A DNA stretch of 64,000 nt from a virus. Each line of letters opens with the position of its first letter. The stretch's first letter is position 1. The position numbers and the translations under genes are program-made. The notes under the pieces were generated by a model. It did no database searches and had not been told where the DNA came from. It was given only the letters and a program-made list of their open reading frames with translations. Shown here in pieces: positions 1-7,015 of this stretch. The DNA lies in the IMG/VR virus record IMGVR_UViG_3300045012_000053, positions 37,361 through 101,360 of that record; one strand, 5' to 3'.

Positions 1-222
1 AACCGTCAGAATCTGACGCCAGAAGAAGCAGCAAATGCTGTTGAAGTTTACAACAGCGCAGGCCGTCTCGATACAGTGAAAACAAATGCAGCGAACAACG
101 ACATTTTTCACGTGCGCAACGTAGTCATCGTTAACTTAGGCGGCGCTCTTGTAAAGGACGTACCAGCCACAGTAGTGAAGGCCAAGGCAGCGCGCGACAA
201 GTTTTTATCGGACAACCGATAA
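1..222 (+). CDS. 3' part of a hypothetical protein (truncated by window start)
   Basis: Frame 1 is open from base 1 to TAA at 220-222; the next gene follows with an SD. Confidence 0.6.
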   Translation, partial: NRQNLTPEEAANAVEVYNSAGRLDTVKTNAANNDIFHVRNVVIVNLGGALVKDVPATVVKAKAARDKFLSDNR

Positions 223-234
223 GCGGGAGATTTT

Positions 235-528
235 ATGGCGAGTACGATCAGTGGTAACGTAGGCGGCGCGGCAGCATCAGGTGCGCAAGTCCAGTGTTTG
301 AACATTGCGACTAAGGTGATTACTTACGGCGCTGGCGATGGTTCCGGTAACTACTCGATTCCCAGTCTCGCGGCTGGTACATACATCATCTCTGCATCCT
401 TGAGCGCCAACGTTTACTACCACCCGGTTCAAGTTGTAGTGGACGGCGTAGCAACGTTCGCAGGAATCAATTTGAACCCGGTAGCGTTGAACGCGGCGAA
501 CGCGATTCAGCAAGCCACAAACTATTAA
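235..528 (+). CDS. Small beta-sandwich protein (carboxypeptidase-regulatory/prealbumin-like fold), possible virion decoration protein
   Basis: TISGNV...GAQV...DGSGNYSIPSLAAGTYIISAS pattern; GGGAG SD. Confidence 0.6.
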   Translation: MASTISGNVGGAAASGAQVQCLNIATKVITYGAGDGSGNYSIPSLAAGTYIISASLSANVYYHPVQVVVDGVATFAGINLNPVALNAANAIQQATNY

Positions 529-631
529 AGACTTTTGGCAATCCGTTCAGCACGTTCCAAGAACGGTTTCCAATAACAGCGTCTTCAAGGCGGTTCCCCG
601 TCTCGAAGGCGTACACTAAAAGGAAAACACA

Positions 632-1237
632 ATGAGTAACGTATTGGATTTTCAGGTATCCGGAGCATTCCCATCAAAGGTGGGCGGTCTCGGAACCACA
701 GTTAAGTATTTCCCTCGTCCGATTGGTCCTTCCATCGGCGTGGCACCCTCGACCCCGTCTTCGACAAGCGCCATCGGCGCTCTGTTTCTCCCGGCACAGA
801 ACGTGTTTCAGGGACAGCAGATCAACGTCGTAGCGAGCGGTTTCTATGGTTCCGACACGGGCGACCCGTCGGGTACCGTAACCGTTCAGTTGTATGCGGT
901 GACAGGTTCGTTGGCATCCCCGACGTACACCTCTCTCGCAACAACGGGCGCGATCACTCCGTTCTTCGCGCAAGAGCCTTGGGGACTTAACGTAGAACTG
1001 ATTGGCGCATCGAACGCGGGCGCAAACGGATTGCTGCTTGGTGCATACGAAGCATACATCCGTGGCTCTGTAACCGCTCCGACCACCGTGACCAACATCG
1101 TCACCGGGTTGGACTTCAACGCAGGTAACCCGGCGTTGCAGCAGGGCGCGGTGCTTGGCTTCGTTGTCGGCGTAACGTTCGGAACCACGGACGCGTCGAA
1201 CAAAGCAGCCTTGTGCGAATTCACCATCGAGTCGTAA
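632..1237 (+). CDS. Hypothetical beta-rich, likely structural protein
   Basis: 201-aa G/T/S-rich ORF with AAGGA SD. Confidence 0.6.
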   Translation: MSNVLDFQVSGAFPSKVGGLGTTVKYFPRPIGPSIGVAPSTPSSTSAIGALFLPAQNVFQGQQINVVASGFYGSDTGDPSGTVTVQLYAVTGSLASPTYTSLATTGAITPFFAQEPWGLNVELIGASNAGANGLLLGAYEAYIRGSVTAPTTVTNIVTGLDFNAGNPALQQGAVLGFVVGVTFGTTDASNKAALCEFTIES

Positions 1238-1243
1238 TCACCG

Positions 1244-1278
1244 GGGGCGAGCCTTTAGCGACTCGCCCCACTTCTTCC
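1244..1278 (+). terminator. GC hairpin after 632..1237, possible intrinsic terminator
   Basis: GGGGCGAG/CTCGCCCC stem followed by a pyrimidine tract. Confidence 0.45.
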
Positions 1279-1377
1279 TAGTTGGCTGGGACACTCCCAA
1301 GAGAGTGACCACCACAGGCACGTGCGGAAACCACGGCACGCTGGGTAACAGCCCCGGCAAATTTTAAGGATATCACG

Positions 1378-1692
1378 ATGGACCCAGCAGCTCTTACGTT
1401 GGGACAGATTTCCTCGGCCCTCAGAGATTTTACTGTGGTAGGAGTTCTTTTAACTGTCGCGTGGAAGTCGCGCGGCATGTACGAATCGGCGAAGAACTTC
1501 TTTGAGCGATTGACGAAGCACATGGATAAGATGGAGAGTGGTATGGAAACTCTCTTGACTAACCATCTGTTCCATATCGAAAAAGAATTGAAAGTGATGG
1601 CTCGCCGACAGGTGAAGGCTATCGAGGTGTTGCAGGCTCAGTCTGATGTAATGACAGACGACGGCGCACCACCGCCAGTAATAGAGGCGTAA
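1378..1692 (+). CDS. Single-TM plus coiled-coil membrane protein (holin/lysis accessory candidate)
   Basis: FTVVGVLLTVAW hydrophobic segment followed by a heptad-rich helix; AAGGA SD. Confidence 0.5.
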   Translation: MDPAALTLGQISSALRDFTVVGVLLTVAWKSRGMYESAKNFFERLTKHMDKMESGMETLLTNHLFHIEKELKVMARRQVKAIEVLQAQSDVMTDDGAPPPVIEA

Positions 1693-1892
1693 TGCCAGCA
1701 GTATCGAAGAACCAGCGCATCGCGATGGCGATTGCGGAACATCATCCGGAAGACCTGAACGAGAAGAACAAGGGTCTGGCGGATATGTCGCACAAGCAGC
1801 TGCACGAGTTTGCTGCCACACCGGAGAAGGGTCTTCCGGCACACGTTCACAAGAAGGCATCGTATCAAGCTGCTCGCGCAGCAAGGAAGTAG
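1692..1892 (+). CDS. DUF3008-like small phage protein
   Basis: MPAVSKNQRIAMAIA...MSHKQLHEFAATPEKGLP pattern; coupled to the upstream stop. Confidence 0.6.
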   Translation: MPAVSKNQRIAMAIAEHHPEDLNEKNKGLADMSHKQLHEFAATPEKGLPAHVHKKASYQAARAARK

Positions 1893-1894
1893 TC

Positions 1895-2167
1895 ATGGAA
1901 AGCAACAGCAACCCAGAAGAGACACTCCGCAACGGCAGCAAGCCGACGGGCAATGGCGGTTTGAAGGCTCCCGGCAACAGCCAAGCCGCAGCCGTGAAGA
2001 CGACTTCGGACGGCGGCTCGAACCTTGAGTCTCTACGTCAAGGCAGCATTCCGAAGCCGGAAGGCGTAAAGGAAGTTTCCTACGATCAGGCTTGCCTAGC
2101 GAAGGCTCGTGCGCTCTACAACGAGACCACACACGACGCGAATCGCGCGAATAACGACAAAGAATAA
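1895..2167 (+). CDS. Hypothetical disordered protein
   Basis: 90-aa ORF packed 2 nt after the previous gene. Confidence 0.55.
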   Translation: MESNSNPEETLRNGSKPTGNGGLKAPGNSQAAAVKTTSDGGSNLESLRQGSIPKPEGVKEVSYDQACLAKARALYNETTHDANRANNDKE

Positions 2168-2175
2168 TTCAACCT

Positions 2176-2314
2176 TGGACTGGTGACGCAGAAGAACTCT
2201 TCGCCATCAGGAACCCGAAGAGCGGAACCCGGGAATCATACCGGGATGGTTGAGTGCCATCTTCCTAAGCCCCCACTCAGGGGTGTAGAAGAGCATGCGT
2301 CATCAGTGGTTCCA
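2176..2314 (+). ncRNA. Candidate structured ncRNA (closing stem plus four hairpins plus kissing loop)
   Basis: 2179-2190 pairs with 2296-2307 (12 bp); internal stems 2197-2222, 2228-2245, 2245-2261 and 2269-2284; loop TGAGTG is complementary to loop CACTCA. Confidence 0.55.
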
Positions 2315-2337
2315 GCAAATTTTGTGCACAATCGGTC

Positions 2338-2385
2338 GGGCGTGCCACTAACACGCCCTCCTACTCTTTAGTGGAGAGTATCATG
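2338..2385 (+). promoter_or_regulatory. Twin-hairpin kissing-loop leader occluding the SD of an EndoVII gene (copy 1)
   Basis: GGGCGTG-CCACTAA-CACGCCC then TACTCT-TTAGTGG-AGAGTA; the loops are exact reverse complements; ATG at 2383. Confidence 0.65.
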
Positions 2386-2742
2386 ACTTTAAGTTTACGT
2401 GAGCGCAATAATCTTGCGGCTCAAAAGTATCGGAAAAATCATCCCGAGAGAAGGCGTTTTATTCAAGCGCCCAAACGTGGAACAACCAAAGCACAAGCTG
2501 ACGCCAAACTTTTGGAGCAAGAGAATAAGTGTGCGATTTGTGAAGAAATTTTTATAAAGACGCCCCACATTGACCACGACCACGTAACAAATCAATTTAG
2601 AGGGCTACTGTGTAGAGCCTGCAATCACATGCTAGGCAATGCACGAGATAGCATCACTGTTTTACAAAGTGCAGTTGTGTATTTGAAAAAGTATGGAGCC
2701 TACAATGGTAAAGAAGCACCCATTCAGCCACACGGTGGTTGA
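2383..2742 (+). CDS. Endonuclease VII-family HNH (homing) endonuclease
   Basis: QENKCAIC...HIDHDH...RGLLCRACNHMLG; AT-rich relative to flanks. Confidence 0.9.
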   Translation: MTLSLRERNNLAAQKYRKNHPERRRFIQAPKRGTTKAQADAKLLEQENKCAICEEIFIKTPHIDHDHVTNQFRGLLCRACNHMLGNARDSITVLQSAVVYLKKYGAYNGKEAPIQPHGG

Positions 2743-2992
2743 ACATCACAGAGATGGTTCTCACACCATTCATCACATCCACGAAAAGCACGGACATATC
2801 CACAGCGTTCCGAAGCGTGACGGCGATGTGCGTGGCGCTGCGGGCGATCACGATGGGATGCTGGACCACGTTATGGACCACACCTCTCAAATGAACCCGG
2901 GCGAAGGCCACGACGAAAACAACGAAGCGCTTGCGGCAGCAGGTCCGGCGGCAGCAGCCCCGGCGGCAGCGGCGGCACCTCAAGGGGCCTAA
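2705..2992 (+). CDS. Small His-rich protein
   Basis: HTVVEHHRDGSHTIHHIHEKHGHIH; GGAG SD. Confidence 0.65.
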   Translation: MVKKHPFSHTVVEHHRDGSHTIHHIHEKHGHIHSVPKRDGDVRGAAGDHDGMLDHVMDHTSQMNPGEGHDENNEALAAAGPAAAAPAAAAAPQGA

Positions 2993-2993
2993 A

Positions 2994-3176
2994 ATGGCAA
3001 CTTCCTTTTACCGCTCGATGCACCACCTTCGTAAGGGCGGACTGCACGACGCGCTACACATCCCGAGAGACGAGAAGATTCCAGCAGAGCGTCTAGCCTC
3101 GGCGAAGAAATCTCCCAATGCTCATGTGAAGAAGATGGCTGTGATGGCCGATAACATGAAGCACTGGAATCACTAA
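2994..3176 (+). CDS. Small basic phage protein
   Basis: KGGLHDALHIPRDEKIPAERL motif of small basic phage proteins. Confidence 0.6.
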   Translation: MATSFYRSMHHLRKGGLHDALHIPRDEKIPAERLASAKKSPNAHVKKMAVMADNMKHWNH

Positions 3177-3454
3177 TGAACTTCGGTCCAGCGAAGCAGT
3201 TCTTGAAGGCTGCGTTCAGCGACAACGGTACTCCTAGCAGCTCCCGTTTGTTGACGGTGCCTCATAGCATCGCTGCGATCTTTGTTCTCGTTTATCTTAC
3301 CATCCACACAGGACACTATCCGGGTATGGATGAGGCAACAGGGTTGGGCGCGTTCGCTACGGCGCACTATGCGATCAACCGCGTCAGCAATATGTTCGGC
3401 GGGCAGAAGAACGCCGCACCTCCTCCGGTTCCACCAGTACCACCACAGATTTAA
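3176..3454 (+). CDS. Two-TM membrane protein, holin candidate
   Basis: SSSRLL motif followed by two hydrophobic segments and a Pro-rich tail. Confidence 0.55.
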   Translation: MNFGPAKQFLKAAFSDNGTPSSSRLLTVPHSIAAIFVLVYLTIHTGHYPGMDEATGLGAFATAHYAINRVSNMFGGQKNAAPPPVPPVPPQI

Positions 3455-3528
3455 CGCGGAGCAAGGGGTCCTTCGGGAACCGCGTACGCGCGATGGTGCC
3501 TTGCCAAGGGTCGCCCGTGGATAACAAC

Positions 3529-4404
3529 ATGAAACTGTTCCTCGCAGCAGCGTTAGTGATCGCGTCGCTGTTTGCAGTTCCAACTCCTGCCAAGGAGGCG
3601 AAGCCTGATTTAGCGAAGGCGACGCTGCTCGTCTACCAAGGCAAACAGGTCTGCAAGTATCACGAGGAAGCGTTCTTCATTTTCGAGGAACAAGTCTGGG
3701 GCTGTGAGTTCAAGTCGAATTTCACCTGCACCGCTACGGTAGTGGGAGAGTCAGGACACGAGTACATCGGACTGACAGCGGGACACTGCTTCGATTGGAA
3801 CGCGGTGGACAAAAACGAATACTATGTCGCTGACAAGCTGGACGAGAAACCAGTCCTACACAAGATTAAGATCGTCAAGTTCGAGAACGACGAGCGCTAC
3901 GATTACGGCGTCTTCACGTTCGAATCGCTGGAACGCTACGACGTCATGCCAATCGCGGACAACGTCGACCCCAAGGTGGGCGACGAAGTTCTCAACATCA
4001 ACTATTCGCTCGGCCTCACGCAGCAGGTTACGGTCGGAAAGATAGAGAGCGGCATCATCGAATCTCCTGCTATGGAGCAGCTGAAAGACACCAAGGGCAG
4101 ATTCCTCGCGTCCATCAATGGCGGTCCCGGCGCGTCCGGTTCCGCAGTCGTGGACAAGAAGAGCGGACAGATCATCGGCTTGTTGGAGGGACACTTCCCC
4201 AACACGCGCATGGGTATGATCGTCATGCCTACAGGCCAGAAGCTAAAGAATTTTCTGCAAGACGACTCGGCTGGGCTTCGTCCTCAAAAGGCGGGTCCTC
4301 TTCCGAAGCCGCACGTGGCACCGAAACCGCCAGCTCCAACGTTCTGGGAACTGGTACAAGAGCTGATTCGCCGCATCCTTCATAAGATCGGCATTAGAGG
4401 ATAA
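3529..4404 (+). CDS. Secreted trypsin-like serine protease
   Basis: Signal peptide MKLFLAAALVIASLFAVPTPA; catalytic triad motifs LTAGHC, DYGV and GPGASGS. Confidence 0.85.
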   Translation: MKLFLAAALVIASLFAVPTPAKEAKPDLAKATLLVYQGKQVCKYHEEAFFIFEEQVWGCEFKSNFTCTATVVGESGHEYIGLTAGHCFDWNAVDKNEYYVADKLDEKPVLHKIKIVKFENDERYDYGVFTFESLERYDVMPIADNVDPKVGDEVLNINYSLGLTQQVTVGKIESGIIESPAMEQLKDTKGRFLASINGGPGASGSAVVDKKSGQIIGLLEGHFPNTRMGMIVMPTGQKLKNFLQDDSAGLRPQKAGPLPKPHVAPKPPAPTFWELVQELIRRILHKIGIRG

Positions 4405-4405
4405 C

Positions 4406-4672
4406 ATGGCATCAGATTTCGTATCCAACGCGCTAGCGAGCGCACACAAGTATATGGACGCCGAGAAGAAATCGAGCGTCGGAACCAAGAGCGACTTCGC
4501 TCCGAAGGCGGCATCGAAGCCTCAAGCGGAATCGAGCGACTATGCTCACGCGAGAGCGGCCCGTAAGCCGGGCGGCTCGTTCATGGGCGTGGAAGCGAGC
4601 GAAGATCGTGGCAAGGAACTAAAATCGGCGCAAGAACAGCACGACACCAATGTGAAGGCGCTGGACCAGTAA
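4406..4672 (+). CDS. Hypothetical protein
   Basis: 88-aa ORF with SD between protease and terminase. Confidence 0.6.
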   Translation: MASDFVSNALASAHKYMDAEKKSSVGTKSDFAPKAASKPQAESSDYAHARAARKPGGSFMGVEASEDRGKELKSAQEQHDTNVKALDQ

Positions 4673-4693
4673 CACCCTAATAGGAGTTCGACC

Positions 4694-6997
4694 GTGGCAC
4701 TTACCGACGCACAGAGACAGGCAAATAGCAGAGCAAGAAAGAAGGGACTACCTGAACCTTACAGCGCAGCAGAATCGAAGGCACAAGCGGAGGCGCACGC
4801 GGCAAAGGAATCAAGACTCGTAGAACTGTTGGAAGAAGTTGCGGCCCACGACAGAGAAGGAAAGAGATACAAGAGCGAGGCCCGCAGCTATACGAAGTTG
4901 GTGCGTCTGTATTACGGTCAACCTGAGAATGGAGATGCCGATGACGATGAGACCAGCGACGGCAAGACCGCCAAAAAGCCGAAAGGCCCGAAGCGTCCCA
5001 ACCCATCAGAGACTCGTATACGAATTCAAAACTCCGACGCTGCTCCCTTGGAGCCAGTTAAGGGTAAATCCCGCAAGCGCGCAATCGAAGACATCACCTA
5101 CGAAGTAGATGATATCGTCGGTTTCTGGCGCTGGCTCGATCTGCGAGATCGCGCGCGAAAAGATTTGTATTGGCTCTGCCGACTACTCGGGCTGGGCGTG
5201 TACCGCGACGTGCACCAGATCACCTGCGACCAGTTCGTGCAGAAGAACTTCGGCGGACCTTGGCTGAATCGGGACGGCACGGTAGATCGTGAACGCACCC
5301 CGCTTGAGCCGATGTACTTTGAAGGCTACACGCTGGACGATTTTCACGAGATGATCGATGCGCAAGAGCGTTTTGATGCGCAAGGTCGCTCGACAAAAGA
5401 AATGATGCTGCTCGACTCTCGTGGCTTTTACAAGTCAACGATTGACGGAGTAGACTCGGTTCAATGGCTGCTGAACTGCCCTGATATCCGCGTGCTCATC
5501 ATCACTGGTGAGTACAAGCTGGCGCTGTCGTTCATGCTTGAAATCAAGGGCTACTTCTTTGCAGCGGAAGGCCAAGACTTTACCTCGTTCCAGCTATTGT
5601 TTCCCGAGTACGCGCTGTACGGCGTGGATGGGACTTCGAAGGAACCGCTATTCTCTCCCGCTCGTATCCTGACACAACGTCAAGGCTCGATCTGGGTGAA
5701 CTCAATCGTTGCGAACGTATCCGGTTGGCACTGCGACATCAAGAAGGGTGACGATGTTGTCACCAACGCGAACTCGAACACGGAAGACACGAAAGAGAAG
5801 CTAAAGAAAGATTACAACGGCACCGATGACTTGCTCGACCCGCACGGGTTTAGCGATCACATAGGCACCCGTTACTTCACCGACGACTGGTACGGCACGC
5901 GTCTCACGCCTCAAGACGGAGAGAGCGAGATCGCGCCGATCAAGTACCACTGTCGCGGATGCTGGGAAGTTAGACCGGAATACGCAGAAGTTCCGATCAT
6001 GCGCCTCACCGAAGAGATGGTGAAGCTGACGTTCCCGCAGAAGTGGACCTTTGCGAAGTTGCACCGTTTGCTCTTAAAGAAGGGCGAGCGCGACTTCCGC
6101 AACCAGCAGCTCAACGAGCCTACGGACGCCGCAGAAGACAGCGGCTTCAAGGTCAGCTTCACGGAGCATGACTTACGCGCGCACAGCTATCAGCGCGAGG
6201 CCGCGCCGAAGGCTGGAGACGTTTACATTACGTGGGACTGGGCGCTCTCGGACAAGAAGACATCAGACTACTCGGTCGGCGTCGTGGCTCGTTTGTACAA
6301 GAACGACATGAACGAGTGGGCGTTCGTAATTCTCGAAGTCATATACGACAAGTGGAAGTACTCGGAACTCGCTTTTCAGATCGTGGCGCTCTCGAAGCGC
6401 TGGGGTCCGAAGGTCACCATGATCGAAGCGTCCAACGCTTTCGATCTTTTGAGAGACGAGATCACACGAGTCGGCCAGCGTCAAGGCTACCAGCCGTACA
6501 TATACTGGAAGCAGCCATCGCGGGAAGAGAATGCGAAACGAAACCGAATTAAATCGTTGGAAATCCTTTTAGCGGAGCACCGTTTGCACTTCGTGCTCGG
6601 CCCGTGGATTGACGAAACGTTCAAACAGTTCACCCAGTACACAGGCGAGAAGAAGAACAAAGGCCGCAAGGAAGATATCCCGGACGCCATCTCATACATG
6701 ACGTATATTCTCCCGGCGGAAGCTCGACCAATCATCGACAAGATCGACCCGGAAGAAGAGAAGAGACTGGCAGAGGAACGAGACAAGCAGTTTTTGAAAG
6801 TGCGCCACTACGAAGCGTACTTTGGACAGAGAGTTAGAACGAAAGAAGAAGGCGGAAACCTTCCCGCTCCGACGTGGCGACAGTGGTCGCGTGGAGACTC
6901 GGGCGAGGTAAAACCGCCGGAGCCAGAGCCAGAACCGCCAAAGCCGCAGGACCCGAGAATGAAAATCTTCGGCAATAAAGGGCCTTGGCGCTTGTAA
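4694..6997 (+). CDS. terL: Terminase large subunit
   Basis: ATPase motifs SRGFYKST and GWHCDIKKGDD, GTRY, NQQLNEP; RNase H-like WDWA...DYSV...EDIPDA; AGGAG SD; precedes portal. Confidence 0.9.
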   Translation: MALTDAQRQANSRARKKGLPEPYSAAESKAQAEAHAAKESRLVELLEEVAAHDREGKRYKSEARSYTKLVRLYYGQPENGDADDDETSDGKTAKKPKGPKRPNPSETRIRIQNSDAAPLEPVKGKSRKRAIEDITYEVDDIVGFWRWLDLRDRARKDLYWLCRLLGLGVYRDVHQITCDQFVQKNFGGPWLNRDGTVDRERTPLEPMYFEGYTLDDFHEMIDAQERFDAQGRSTKEMMLLDSRGFYKSTIDGVDSVQWLLNCPDIRVLIITGEYKLALSFMLEIKGYFFAAEGQDFTSFQLLFPEYALYGVDGTSKEPLFSPARILTQRQGSIWVNSIVANVSGWHCDIKKGDDVVTNANSNTEDTKEKLKKDYNGTDDLLDPHGFSDHIGTRYFTDDWYGTRLTPQDGESEIAPIKYHCRGCWEVRPEYAEVPIMRLTEEMVKLTFPQKWTFAKLHRLLLKKGERDFRNQQLNEPTDAAEDSGFKVSFTEHDLRAHSYQREAAPKAGDVYITWDWALSDKKTSDYSVGVVARLYKNDMNEWAFVILEVIYDKWKYSELAFQIVALSKRWGPKVTMIEASNAFDLLRDEITRVGQRQGYQPYIYWKQPSREENAKRNRIKSLEILLAEHRLHFVLGPWIDETFKQFTQYTGEKKNKGRKEDIPDAISYMTYILPAEARPIIDKIDPEEEKRLAEERDKQFLKVRHYEAYFGQRVRTKEEGGNLPAPTWRQWSRGDSGEVKPPEPEPEPPKPQDPRMKIFGNKGPWRL

Positions 6998-7015
6998 TAA
7001 TGAGGACATGACAGC

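Noticed and set aside
2183-2371. 62-aa ORF from the track
   Set aside because: No convincing SD or protein-like features; the sequence is better explained by RNA base-pairing
2168-2742. Group I intron or HEARO/OMEGA-type RNA plus endonuclease
   Set aside because: No interrupted gene, no recognisable P7 core, and the nuclease is a small EndoVII rather than IscB/TnpB
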